From NCBI GenBank assembly GCA_964199315.1, contig OZ116702.1:29326001-29390000 (forward strand): a DNA stretch of 64,000 nucleotides, given 5' to 3'. Both the position numbers and the translations under genes were made by a program. The notes beneath the pieces are model-generated. The model saw nothing but the letters and a program-made list of their open reading frames with translations. It had not been told where the DNA came from and ran no database searches. This document shows, piece after piece, positions 43,901 to 57,847 of the stretch (position 1 is the first letter of the stretch; each line of letters starts with the position of its first letter). The stretch comes from Orbicella franksi. Taxonomy: Eukaryota.

Positions 43901-46900
43901 GTTTTAGAAAAAAAAATCAATGTTGGAAGATTTTCGCGCGAACAACAACGCCGCTTAACATCTTACCAGGAACCACGTTCAGATTTGCTTCACTGGAGTA
44001 TATCGCTCCAAAGTCATTTGTTGCGCGGCATCTGTATGAGTCAGCGTCATCTAAAGATAAACTTGAAAAACGTAGGCTGCTGCTTGATTCCTCCAGCGGA
44101 GTGCCTTTTCGAAACCTTTAAGAGAAGATATCCAAAGAAAAAAAACCTTAAGTTGAGATCACTTAATTCCTACGGTAAATCTACGGTTCTGGCTGGCGCA
44201 AAAGCACTGTGGCAAAGCCCAGAGCGAAACACCCCTCCTTGCCACTCTTACCATAATACAGTTGGTATGTTTGGAAAAATAAATGCGTTTCGTCGCATTT
44301 TCAGTTTACCTTACATTTATCTGTAAATATCTTAACCGATTTTACTTGGATGAACAGAACTGTCCACTTCCTATAACTGCTTCATACACCACATTTGTTT
44401 AGTAAAATTTTATGCCGTAGTTATGTCACACTTGATCACCACTATAAAAAAATAGTCCCGCTACAGTCTTTGTTCAGACGAAGGACGCCTTGTAAAACAT
44501 TCTAGTTTAAAACTGAAAATACTCTGTGTGACCGTGCTTTTTCGTCTCCGGCCCGTTATCTATGGAACAAAATTGTTTTCAGGGACTGAATTATATTTCG
44601 ATTCAGAAAGTGACTCACGGAAATGTAATTGTTTGATATTGCAGTCTTATACAATGTTTGAACCCTTATCTCAAGCTGGTGGCGGAATCAAACTGCAATA
44701 AACATACCATTGATAGCTGGGGGAAGGTGTTCCTTCTGCCTTGCAGCATAGGGTGACTTCATCTCCCTCCAAACCAGTTGAGTCTTGAGGATCCTGGGTA
44801 ATGGATGGTACCTCTAAAAAGCAAAAACAAAATCACGAGTTGCCAGCGAAGAAGTGTTCTGAGATAAGGTACTTGACACTCTCGGCACCTCCCTCTCCAC
44901 TCAGATGTATAACTGGCTACCAACAAGTTGTTTGGGAAGCCCAGCAAATATGTTGGGGGGGGGGGAGGTGTGAGGTAGGTTGGGAAAGGGGGGATTAATG
45001 AGAACATACATTTATACTAATGATTATACCCCAGAAACTGTAGATATGCACAGTTTAATGTATACTGAACCAGACCAGACCACAGGTCGCCCAGACAAAC
45101 TGTTTGTCTGCACATTTGCTTTTTTAAAGCGAATGTATGGGATTTACAGCACGGTTCGTAGAATTGCTTAAAACAACGAAATAAGTGTAGATTTATCTTG
45201 GCTCAAAATAGCGAAACTGGGTAGTTTGAAAGATTTGGCATTCGCTGTTTACTGTGCATCTTATTGTAAAGAAAGAGTGGAAAGTCCAACAGCTTATAAT
45301 CTGATCCGCTCTAGCCCTGAGTCGATTTACGATCTAAAAATCCCATCGCACAGCAATCAAACTGAGCAGCAGAAAAGAAAAAGACTTGACGAATATTTTC
45401 GTGTCCTTCAATCGAAAATTCATCCCAACGGCCCAGAGCTCAGTAGCCCTTGACGAAAAGTTGTTCCGGAGGGACATCGCTTTTCCCTTGCCTCTTTCTG
45501 ATTGGATACTATTAAACAATGGCCGTTCAAATTTCCTACCGCCTTCGCATGTAGTTCCTGTAAATCCAGAAGGGCATTTGCAGAATGATGTGTTTTCTTG
45601 ATCATCATCGAAACAAGTTCCTCCATTCTTGCATGGCCACAAGTCACACTTCACTGCAGAATATAATTACAAATGAGGAAAATTAATTGGTGGTATAGCT
45701 GTATTGGTAAATTCATCTTGTTGGGTTGTTATGTACAAACAGTAAGGTAAAGTCTGCATACAAGCCTAGTGGCCCATCAGGCCGGAGCTTATCCCGGTTT
45801 CCGTAGCATGAAGCGACTAGGAGTATTTCTACTCCCCGTTGGATGGGATGCTAGTCCATCGCAGGGTTACCTCCAGCAGTAAATTCGCCGGTACCTATTT
45901 ATACACTTGGGTCAGGGGGCAGAGGTACTATGAGAGTAAAGTGTCTTGCCCAAGAACACAACGCAGTGCGAACCGTTCGATCCGGAGTCCACCGCACAAG
46001 CCATAAGGCCACCGCGCCTCCCACAGAATGTAAATTAGTAAAATTGACTTGTCGGGTTGTTATGAAAAAACAGTCTCTTAGCATTTGAAACTCCAGGCTG
46101 TAATTTATAGAAGAATAAGAAGTTAGAGAGAGGTGCTATAAATCAGCATTGGTTGACGCTTAATTGTAGCACGATTTTCTTTTCAATACAGTTTGTAACA
46201 AAATATTCCTCATTTGAACCTTAATCAGCCTAGTATCCAGGCGTTCCCTTCCCGCTTATCGATTTGGCGCGAAATTTCGTGACGTCACCGTCTCCGGCCT
46301 ACACGCCAACCCGTTCTCAGGCCCTTACGTGAACCTCGCACGCGCCCGAGAGAGGAGGAGAACGCCTAGGGACTAGGCTGCAACTTAATGACGTTAATGT
46401 TCTGTCAGGCGATTAGGCCTTTTCTTTTCTTTTTTTTTTTAATATTTATTTTATCTACTGAGGAGGAGGATACCTTAGATTGCGAGCAGTCTACCGTAAA
46501 ATTCCGGTTATAAGCCCTGGGCTTATACAACTTCGTAAGGGGTTTTGGGTAGGCTTATAAGCAGAGGGGCTTATATCCGGGGGAGCTTATAAACGGAATA
46601 AAAAAAAAACGTTTCCAAACGAGCCACGGCAGTGTTGATCGAAATACGTTTTTAAGTTAAAAAGTCATAAAAAAAAGCGACATTTAGCCCTGTTCAGTAC
46701 TGCCATCCAGCAGAGGGGGGTTTATATCCGGCGGGGGCTTATAAGCGGATGTATTTTATTGTTTCCAGGTAGATGGGCCTATAACCGGGAGAGCTTATAA
46801 GCAGGGGGGCCTTATAACCGGAATTTTACGGTATTTCATTTCCTAGCGTGCGATTCGGAAACATGAATGTGAATTATGTAAATCGAGATCCAGTAGCGAG

Positions 46901-49900
46901 CGGCGAAGTCGCGAGCTGCGAGAAGCTTGATCCGTGAAATATTTCAGCCCAGTCACTTAGAGTAGGCAACAACAAAAAATTAAGAAGACCTTTTTCATAA
47001 CTTACATCGTTCGCAGTTGACTCCTTTAAACTCATTCACACAGACGCAGAGGTACTTGTTATTGCCCATGTTATAGCAAGTTCCTCTGTTCTTGCAAGGG
47101 TTTGGGACACAAATATCCAACGCTGAATTGAAAACAAACAACAGTTCAGCTAACACACTTAGGAACAAAATATATAGGCATGCTAAGTGTGCTGAGGAAT
47201 ATGTTGCTGGAATCATTCTATACGGACGAGATGCTACTTTTTTGGGTAGTAAATTAGCCTCTTTATTTTCGGTCAATATGCCCTAAACAGGCATTTTACG
47301 ATTCACGTTTCCCATGAATGTGATACTGAGAATTTATTCCAAGAACAATTTTGCTGTTGAAAATTTAATCCGCGGCTCCCGAGATGGAGCAATCAAAATC
47401 ATATTTCTAGATTTCATTACATAATCGAAACACACAGAAGGCTGGTGAAGGAAACTATCAATCTGGGATAAAATGAAATAAATAGATCACTTTATTTAAG
47501 TGTCAGAGTATTTTAGCACTGTTGTACTAATTGTGGACACTGTAAATAAGCAAACAAATATTACAAATAGAACAGAAATTTGTTAAAAATCCGAACTGGT
47601 AGGAGGCTGACCAGCTGGCTATTAACAAAGCGTGGAAGAGTTGAATTCGGGACCACCGAAGACAAATCCATCTAGTGGCAGGGAGGAGGATTTGAACCCG
47701 GGACCTCCAGATTACAAGTCCAGCGCCCTAACCACTAGGCCACGCTGCCTCCATAAATAACCTCCTGTTGCACTACCTTTGAAAGAAATCTATTGTACGT
47801 ATTTTGTAAAGGGAATATTTTTTTGAATACTTACACTTTTCACAGTTGTCACCAGTAAACTTGTCTGGACATTGACAGCTGTAGCCATTATCGGAAGCTT
47901 TACACGTTCCTCCATTCAAACAAGGCTTGGCATCACATGGGTTGATTTCTAGGTTTAAAAAAGATAAATCAGAAAACATAATGTAACAATTAAAAGGCAT
48001 CAGAAGAACAAATAAACAGCAGCAGTAAGTCATAAAAAATATTACGTTAGTCTTTATATATATTGTGCATTTTCTTAATGTGTAATCAATATAATTTACT
48101 TATTTCATCAAAAGTAAGTTACATGTATTACCAATTTGTGTTTCACAGTTATCGCCTGTAAACTGGTTGGGACACTGGCATTCGTATCCTTCCTGTTGTT
48201 CAATGCATGTGCCTCCATTTTTACACGGCTCACCTGCACATGGCTCTAAAGGCTTTGCAGCTGGTCAGGAAACACAAGCAAATTAAACTCGTATTTATTA
48301 GGACTGATATTAACGCGAGATTTCTATAACGGTATTTAAAATCCCTTACCTGAAACGCACGCCAGCTATAATTGTTGTATTTTTGAAAAAAATTCATTGT
48401 TTAATGAAAATAAGAACAAACTCTTTGTTGAAGAAGCGAATCAATGAGCCATGTCTTTACTTTAATGTGTCATCGCTCTTGTGGAAATCATGCATTGCAC
48501 ACACAACCTAAAGGGTTTTTCACTAATCAGCAGATAATCTGTGTGCATTGTGATCGGTTTTAAAATTCGCGGCAATTGTGAACTTTTTTACAACTGAGTG
48601 GTTTTCTTGATTGGGTATTGTGTTAGTCTTGGCAACCAATGTTATTCACTCCTGGACCTAAAACTATAGCTCACTTACTCACGAAGCGCCAATTTCGAAC
48701 GCAACTCCAACCAGCAGTTTTCAAACTCAAAAAATACTAGTTATAGTTCATAAATTTTCAAAATTAAAACGGATTTTGTTAAAGGAAAGTGGTATCTTGC
48801 TTTTGCCATGCGTACGTTCCTCGAAACAATGTAAAATGTTCTTAAAATCACTTTCAAAAATAGTCTCCATACTAAAATATCCTGTTTTTGCTGTGTTTTC
48901 AAGTTCAAAACAATAGTCCTTCCACTTGCTTAATGCTCTGCATTTTAGGCTTAAATTGTAGGTACATCATTCTTCTTCAAAAAGCCGTACGTAGGTTTTA
49001 AGATTTTGACTTCTATAAAGCAGCGAAGCAAGTTTTATCAACGCTACTTGACCAATTTGAGTCCTTTCTTCTCTTATTGTGAGCGCTCTTGCATTCAAAT
49101 TTGCCGCTTCGCGGATTATGAATAATTAGTGATGTCCACGCATTCTGCCCTGTGTGTTGGTTGCGCTGATTCCCATAATGAACTGTAGGCTCTTAGCCAA
49201 CGAGAAGACAGATATTGACTACAATGTATAATAATAGAACTTACCTTTCTCACAAGTAAATCTCGCTTTAGTTGCACACTTCTCCATTACCCATTGGTGT
49301 TGGCGAGCCCGCTGTATATGAACACAGCGTGCCTTTTCGCTCTCACGAGGTTGGTTTGAAGCCCAGTTAGTGTATTTGCTTTCTTCTCCGCTGACCCACT
49401 TAAACACTTTTTCGTCGTCTTTGTTATTCAATCCGCACCAACTTCCCTTGTCCCCCAGAATACCGGAGAGAAATTTCTGCTCATTTGCATCATTCACTGT
49501 TACCAAATTGGCTTGTTTCTTTTCACAGATTTCCTGAGCTTTTTCCCAGCTTGTTGTAGCCTTCTTCCTACCTTCGCGAAAGTAACAGTTTCCACCATAA
49601 AAAGACCAGCCATAGTCACAGCGCTTTTCTGTAAGACACAAACAAATATTATTATAGATATAAATATTGTAATATATTATATTTAACAATTATTCGACGA
49701 GCGCGCGTGGGATATGATCCCACGGGATCACATATCCAACAAGCGCGAGTGGAATAATTGTTTTATTATGGAATATTATTATTATACTATAGCTAAAATA
49801 TGTGTACCGGTAAATTGAAATGGAATTGGATAAAACTGATTTTAAAATTAAATCAGTTATTAAGCTTGGTTGATGCTTTAAAAAATTAATTTGTCGATTA

Positions 49901-52011
49901 GTTCAAAACGACCAAATATTTACCACTTGTACAATAAAACAAAATCAAAATTTACACTACCTCCACATTAGTAATTAAGTAAGTTAAGTAACTAAACTCT
50001 TTATTTACTAGTAAAGAGGGTAGCACAACATTAATAAACTTGTTGCCACTACTAAAAACTATAAAAACCACAAAGTTAAACTATAGTGTTATTTGCCTGC
50101 GTTTATGGTAAGCTTACTCAACTTGCCTTGTGCCCGGCTTAAAACAGCAACTGCAAAAAGTAGAAAGAAGAGTTGTTATTTACCAAGCAATAAAAACTGA
50201 TGTGGACGTATGATATTTTTCAAAAAAAATAAATAAATAAACAACCAACTTTCAATTTTTAAGAAGAAATGTTTCGATCGGTTCACCGGTCATCATCAGT
50301 TGTGAGTTCGTCTATAATTGCGATTTGAGTTTATACCAGCAATGGCGAAACATTTCAAATTTTGAGACAAAATTTAACATACAAAGTTAACGTACAACGT
50401 TTAAATGCGCGGGACATGGAAAAACTCGTAAGCGGAAACTAAATACTCGGCAAAGAAAAAAGGATAAATAGAATTATTTACAATTATTTCACCAACATAT
50501 ATGAATAAATAAGATTAAACAAAACGGCACTAATGTATAAGACTAGGGATAGTTAACACTACAGCTGCCCCCGCTGTTAGCCTTTTTTGTCTCAGCGCAC
50601 CGTTACTACAGTCAATTCTTTCGCTTGATATTTTGGCTCTTCTATTTTCTAGATTGATTGAAAATCAGCTTTCTGTTTGGAATAGTCGTGCGATAATTCA
50701 GAAGAAAAGACTAATTTTTCTCGTGTTCTGCTCACAAAGTATCACGTGGTGTTTGTAGGTTTGGCTTTCTCTTTTTCAAGATCATGGGATGAGGACGTGA
50801 CATTTAAAACAAACTTTCAGGAGGAATTTAGATAAGAAAATCAAAGCCAAAATATGCAAAAATTCTAAAAGATAAATGACCTCATAAATGACCACGTAAA
50901 TTTAATTACACGAACGCGTCCCCAACTTCCTGAGATCATTTTGCCTTTTTCGCTGTAATGAGTGATCTCAGTGAGGATAAACTTAAGCAACAACCAAACG
51001 TTTTAAAACTACCAATTGAGACCAACTGTTTCAATATATTAGGGCTGGGAACTCGAGCAACAGCGACCAACTTGACGGCTGAACTCGAAACGGATGCCGA
51101 AAGATTTCTCACCTCTGTCAATGAAAACGCCTGCCGTGAGTTTTAGAACTCTTTTGAATTCTCTTTCCTTCTTGACAAGTCTCGATCAATTACAAATTTC
51201 ATTTAAATACCGGAAGACTGATCGAATCTTTTATCCGGTCAAGTAGTTTGTATTTGGTAAGTCGCGGTTTTGGACTGAGTCTTGCTTATCGTTAATCGTG
51301 GAGAAATTTGTAGATATGTTCGTAATGGTTCTTGGACAAATAAACGCTGTATCTTTCGTCTTCGAGACCTTGCGAAATAAAGAGAGCAAATTTTCTTTTC
51401 GACGTTGTCGCGTAAGTACTTGCTTGCGCTGATGGGCTGTCATCATCACCCAATCACCACGCAGAGATTCCTTCACCTTATGTCATCATTGACCAATCAC
51501 CGTACAAGGAATTTTATCACACCTCCCGATACCCACTTGCGGGCATTCTGCACAACTCCCGATACTGTTTGCGCGCCCATTTTGGGCAAATCGAGATTTC
51601 GTCCGGTTATATCGACTATATATATTCATACTGTAAGTACTTCTTCTATTTACGCGCGGATTACAATGATGCCTCCTCGAGTTCGATTTATAATCAAATA
51701 GGTGCCAATCAATGATAAAGTCACAAAAAGAGTGGTGGTAGTAGAGAGAATTACAAGCTGGTAAGCTAGGTCGATAAGAGATATCACATTTTTTTATCCA
51801 TAAACAGCATAGAAAGCTTAACTTTTCAGTGGCTCTCTTAACTATTCGCTTGAAGGGGTAAATTTCGAAAATTTGAGACGTTTCAAGAGGACATTTTTCG
51901 CTGTGTCGCTGGCACCGGACCAATGATGATAAAATGAATTAATAAGAACTACTACTTACAATCACAACAGAGAACCAAAACTAGCAGCAGAAAACCGCAG
52001 TTAACGGCCAT
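40976..52011 (-). CDS. Secreted C-type lectin-4xEGF-Ig-CILP-like protein, copy 2 (~1051 aa)
   Basis: Exons 52011-51960, 50150-50127, 49628-49245, 48260-48132, 47948-47835, 47122-47006, 45653-45540, 44813-44708, 44115-43967, 43424-41462 and 40979-40976. All splice sites and the frame are preserved. Confidence 0.8.
45743..46024 (-). mobile_element. tRNA-derived SINE (mirror of 28694-28970)
   Basis: Reverse-complement match with several substitutions. Confidence 0.75.
46227..46379. mobile_element. Short MITE
   Basis: TIR AGCCTAGT.TCCAGGCGTT / AACGCCTAGGGACTAGGCT. Confidence 0.7.
46494..46831. mobile_element. Tc1/mariner-type MITE (right arm only)
   Basis: TIR CCGTAAAATTCCGGTTATAAG / CTTATAACCGGAATTTTACGG, TA TSD; the empty site GAAATAGACTGCTCGC is in the left arm at ~26592. 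Confidence 0.85.
47475..47752 (-). mobile_element. tRNA-derived SINE (right arm only)
   Basis: Head GGAGGCAGCGTGGCCTAGTGGTTAGGGCGCTGG...GGTTCAAATCC; same family as 34402-34690. Confidence 0.75.
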
Positions 52012-53364
52012 ATCTATTGAAAGAAAAATACAAACATGAGTTTACTGGAAAACCGCATAAAAAAATAAAATTCAAGAGAACTAAAGCTGCTGAAAGTGCA
52101 CGGTCGAATTTTAGATGAAATTCTATTATAGTACAAAGAAACAAATTTACAAAATGCTACGTCTAAAGCTGATCCTACCTTACTTTCACTGAAGGAGTCG
52201 ATAGGCTTACGAAAAGACTAACATGCGTGCCAATTCGAAACTCGTGTTTATATAAATTAGAAAGTTGCGTTGATTAAACAATCCATTAGAGGCTTTAATC
52301 ACCAGTTTCCAAGCAAACGTTTTGTCTTGGAGAGAATTTTTGCCCCACACTGAGTTTGTACCCACGCACGTAGCATCAATCACGATCCATTAATGTTCGA
52401 GAAAACATATTTCCTTCAACCCTAATTTGATAATTATTGTTTTAATGAAAGCGTTTTGTCCCATGTTACACTGCACATGTTATGTACCAGGAAGTGTTTA
52501 TTTTATTTAACAAGGTCTGAACATGCTGTCTTTCTTTTTATTGCTTCGTTGTTGACTTTTGAGTTGGGTGATTATTAACCTTGAAATTCTTAGTTCTGAT
52601 CCTATGACAAAACGATCACATTAAAGTGTATTCATCTTTGTGGCATATACGTCATGGTAAGTCAACATGGCCGCCAACAATGGAAAACATATAGTCGCCC
52701 AACCACAAAATGAATACTAACCGCAAGCAAATTGCAGTAAATAAATGTTAACTGCAAGCAAACTACAGGGTAAAATGCTAACCGAAAGCAAACAGCAGTA
52801 AATAAATGTTAACTGTCTGACTTTCAATTAAATTAGCATAAGAAGCAAACACAAGACAAGATGGATTAAATTACTAGAGTAGAATATTTACACACAATGT
52901 ATCACGTAACATGGACCAAAACGATTTCATTGAAATGTAGTATTATCAAAATGCTGGTCTACCTTAAGCATTTAAGCTGCAAAAAATAGAAATGCTACTT
53001 CACTTAAGGATTGTAGGAAATATGTTTTGTCGGCATATGTTTTGATCGTGATCGATTCTAAGCGCGTGGGTACAAACCCTGCGTGGCAAAATGCTACGTC
53101 TAAAGCGGATCCTATCTGACTTTCATTGAAGGGGTAAATAGGCATATGAAAAAACTAACATATAAGTGCCAATTCGAAACTCTTGTTTATATAAATTAGA
53201 AAGTTGCGTTGACTAAACAACCCATTATTTTGTCTTGTTTGGCATTTTTTGCCTGCCATCGGAGGCTTTAATAACCAGTTTCCAAGCAAACGTTTTGTCT
53301 TGGAGAGAATTTTTGCCCCACACTGAGTTTGTACCCACGCACGTAGCATCAATCACGATCCATG

Positions 53365-54034
53365 TATCCGTTAGCCGTTAGCATCAGACCGTTAGACGGG
53401 CCAGCATAACCGTTAGCAAAAACTCTGTATCCGTTAGCACGGCTAGAGAAGCCGTTAGGATCCGTTAGAATAAACTAGCATCCGTTAAACGGGTAACGAT
53501 TCCGTTAGAATGGCATGACATGAATTGAAGTAGAATGTGGTAGCCTAACATAGTGTGAAACGAGAGCAGCTCTTGGCTTCCATTTAGTTCAAAACAATCA
53601 TGAGAGATAACTATCTTTCGACGAGAAGTTTGGCGATTATTATTTTTTGATTATGTGTTTCTAACATCGGACTGAAAGCTACGCTATTCGTTCGTAAGAA
53701 GTCCTTAGATGTAAACCGTTAGACAACCGTTAAACGTCCTAAGATGTAAACCGTTAGACAACCATTAAACCTCTTTAGATGTAGACCGTTAGGCAACCGT
53801 TAAACGGCTCCAGTCATCCGTTAGAACAAATTGCGCAACCGTTAGAACGGTTTCTTCATCCGTTAGGCATACTTAGTTAGCCGTTAGAACGTTAGGAGAG
53901 AGCGTTAGAACGCTTTGATCATCCGTTAGGCACACTTAGATAACCGTTAGACCGTTAGGACAAAACGTTAGAATGCTGTGAAGACCGTTAACTATCCGTT
54001 AGCTATCCGTCCGTTAGCGCCCGTTTAACGGATA
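53365..54034. repeat. CCGTTA(G)-rich element with 9-bp terminal inverted repeats (right arm only)
   Basis: Dozens of same-orientation CCGTTA motifs with variable spacers, bounded by TATCCGTTA / TAACGGATA. Confidence 0.7.
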
Positions 54035-57000
54035 AGCGTTAAGGTACGTTTTCCCGTTCACGGTCACATTTATTTACTGCAATTTGCTTGCGGTTAGTAT
54101 TCATTTTGTGGTTGGGCGACTATATGTTTTCCATTGTTGGCGGCCATGTTGACTTACCATGACATATATGCCGAATATTGGCACCAAGACAACATCAGAG
54201 AATTATTCACACCACTTAGTTTTTAACTCGGATGGGAAAAAATATTCAAAACTACACTTACAAACAATATGCAACGGAATGAATAACGAAACATTAAAAT
54301 ACAACGTTATCAAAACACTAGTCTACCTTATGAGCTAAAAACATGAAATTGAAGCTTCGCGTCGAGTTTCGAGGAAATACGTTTTCTGATACCATAATTG
54401 ATTATGGCACGTGGGTTTAATTTGTCAGTTATGGGACGTTGCGTTGGTTGGGCAAATAAAATTGGGGTGAATAATCAGGGATCTAAGCAAATATTAACAG
54501 ACAATAGAAAGATTGCAGTTCAGCATATTTCACCAGCCCATTTGGTTCACAGCAACTGAGGCGTATGTTTGCCGGAGAAAGTGAGGTAAGACCAGTTTGA
54601 GAAGTATATAGTTGGTGTTTCTTTGAACTAAAATAGAAAATTCATTTAAAATTGAAAAACAGACCGTATATCCTGTTTTTTTGCAAGGTTTCAGTTTTTC
54701 ACTTGAGTCGAGAATTGGCCTACAGTACATTTTGAAACATTTAATTCACGGACATCCGAAGTAGGTACAAAGACGTCACTGATTTCAGCATTACCGAGAA
54801 ATACTGCATAGTCGGCCGCAGTTCATGCAGGTTAATTTTTTCAACTTTCATTCCTTGACAAACTTAGCATGTTACATGTAAAAAACTGTTGCCTTAAGTA
54901 CAAGGTGTATGCTTTGCGCTAGAGAGCGCCCATTTGAAATGTCGCCCGTTACGACTTTCCCTCGCCCCCACTAACTGCCCCTGGTTCTCCGAGGACCAAT
55001 GTGTTGTTGACGGTGAGGAGATGATGCAGTTTCAAAGTCAGAGTTAAACAAACGCTATATCGAGATCTTTGCGAGAACAATGATTTTCCATAAATCAAAA
55101 TGTATCAAGTATTTCTTGTCGATGTCAATGTGGTCTTGAACTCGCTATCTTGATTAGTACGGATTGAAAGTAGGCTGGTTCTTGTTCGACTTCCTATCAT
55201 CTTACCTTTATTGTCGTTCCTTGACTTCTTTTTCCTGGCGAGAATTCAATGAAAAAAATCCATCGAATTCTGCTTGTTTCGATTAGTTTGAAGACGATTT
55301 GTCGATATAACGACGAGTACGACATAGCGTAGCCGCCGCGGTTTTGGAGCGAAATTTGGATACAGTTTTTCTTTTCGGTGAAAGCTCTGCTAAAACATTT
55401 TTTGGCTGAAAAATCAAACACACACCGGTGATTCTGGATTAGGAAAAAAGAAAAGCGATCGACACACTTGATATACCTATACGCAGATTGGGTAAGTTTA
55501 TTCGAAACATCAGGCAGGGCCTTGGAAAAAGAGGCAAAGTGTTATAGGGTGAACAAAAACATTCAAATCATTTATTATTGATAAAATTGACTCAAAACTT
55601 AAGGCAGGAGAAGCGAGGCTCAGCCTAAATTTGCCGTTTGTGCATCCGCGCGGTCAAAGCGCGCGTGGCTGCTACGTGTTTCCCGCGAAGAAGACGTGTA
55701 GCGTGGGTTACTTATGGGCACGATCAACCTCGTTCCCAGCAGCCATCTAAAAAACGGAGTAGACCCTGGGAACGAGGTTGGAGCGCGACAAAATGGAGTT
55801 GAATTCCCTCGAGGACAGTGAAAATTATGAAAGCTTTATATGAGCAAGTAATTATTCAGTAAAAACCATCGATATCCGGAAAAGGTTTTTACTTTGCCAA
55901 GGTAAACTGGCATTCAATTTTTTCCTGGTCATGCGTAGAAAATTTCTTTCCTTGATTTGCTATGTAGCCTATCTCTTGGGGCTCGGGAATTTTTTGCGTT
56001 TTATAATTTTCTGGCGAACTGTTTTTCTTTTGATAGAAAGATTTTGGCAAGGACTATTCAGTTTTAGGGTTGATAAAAAAAAATGTACACTGCCACACCA
56101 GAAGTTCATAACTAGAAGTCTACATCTCCGGTAATGAGCTTTGAGATATGTCTTTCGCGTGTAGGCTATTTTTAGAACGACTTTTCCGCGAACAAGTAGC
56201 CAATCACGTTGAAGTATTTGCTGTTCGCTCGTGGAAGGATGCGAGAAGCGCGAACAGACACGTCTACAACTTTAATTTTAGGCCACTTTGTATCGGTTAT
56301 AAGACGCCCTCGAGCTGTTACAGTATTAGCCTTCTCCCTTTCCTCATTGCTTCTCAGTTGTTCCTGGTCTCTTTCAAGACGCGATGTCATACATTTTCTT
56401 GCTTTAGTCGCAAGTCTGGAGAGAAGCACTTGCCTCCCGTTTGGACCCGGTTTGTTTACCTCAGTTCCTTCGTCTTGATTGCCCTTTGACGCGTCGCTAT
56501 CGAAAACACCTTCTTCGGGCTGATGGTGAAAAATGTTTTGCCTGTTTCTTTACATTTCTTTTCATAGTCCACCAAAATGAAGGGCGCTCACAAAACAATT
56601 ACGACCGCGGCCGACCGCGACCGAAAGGCGATGATGAAGACGCCATAATCTGACGCCAAAATGATATACACGCCATCATTTCACAATAAACTACGTCATT
56701 TTCGCGCGCGCAAGGTTTGTCCTAAAAATAGCCAACTCGTGAAAGACAGCACGAGCCCTAATCCTAGATGTAGGCTTCAAGCTTATGACCACACTTGATT
56801 TTATGCAAAATGATTTCATTCACAAATAGCTACGAGTTTCAGTCACATATAACGTGATATGGCAAATTTAGATGCTTGGACAAATAAGACTTTTTTGCGT
56901 TACGTTTTGAGCCGTTGAACTTTTTTTTGGGATTGATAAATTTCCCATTATTCGCACCCCGCGGTCACTGATATACCTGAGTCCCCCCCCCCCCTCCCCC

Positions 57001-57182
57001 TCTCCCTCTCTTCCCCTCCCCCGGATTTTGCCGAACTGGAAAACTGCGATTACGAGTCTGAGAACTAAGTACGCTGGTGCGACTATTAATTAAAAATCCT
57101 AAATACCTGTCTTTACCCATTCCTTATGCTCGGCTCTGATATGTTCTGATAACATTTAAACATTTCAGATTCAGTGACAACC

Positions 57183-57815
57183 ATGCGAGTTTTTACAATC
57201 ATCCAGTTACTGTTGTTATTCGAGACCAGTCCCGCCAGAGGTCAGCAGTGTACGGAACAAGACTGGAGCAGTACGTTTGGAAATGATGGCGATTTCACGT
57301 CCCAGTGCCAAGATGATGTCTCCTATGTGAGTGGAATGAGGAGCGGAGGATATGATGTTCAGCTGGAAAATGGACCAGCCGTCATTAAGGCCGCCACATG
57401 CTGTGCAGTTAATCTTCCATATTCCCAGGAAGGAAATGACTGTTATATGGAGGATTGGTGGAGCACTTTGCAAAGGTCAGTTATGAAGACCTGTAGAATA
57501 TATTAGGGAAAGGCAAATGCCAATATTTAAGCTCTATTAAGCTCTAAGCCCTATTTAGGGGAGCAGGGGTGGCGCAGTGGTGAGAGCGCTCGCCTCCCAC
57601 CAATGTGGCCCGGGTTCGATTCCGGCCCGGTATCATATGTGGGTTGAGTTTGTTGTTGGTTCTTGTCCTCGCTCCGAGGGTTTTTCTCCGGGTTCTCCGG
57701 TTTTCCTCCCTCCATAAAAACTAACACTTCCAAATTCCAATTCGATCTGGAATACACAGTGTCCCCAATTAGTACACCAGTGCTAAATACATTTGACACT
57801 TAAATAAAGTGATTT

Positions 57816-57847
<32 letters not shown>

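Noticed and set aside
57557-57640. tRNA-like heads at 57557, 28694, 34402 and 47752 as tRNA genes
   Set aside because: They lack closed acceptor stems and continue into SINE bodies and tails, unlike the two Polinton tRNAs.
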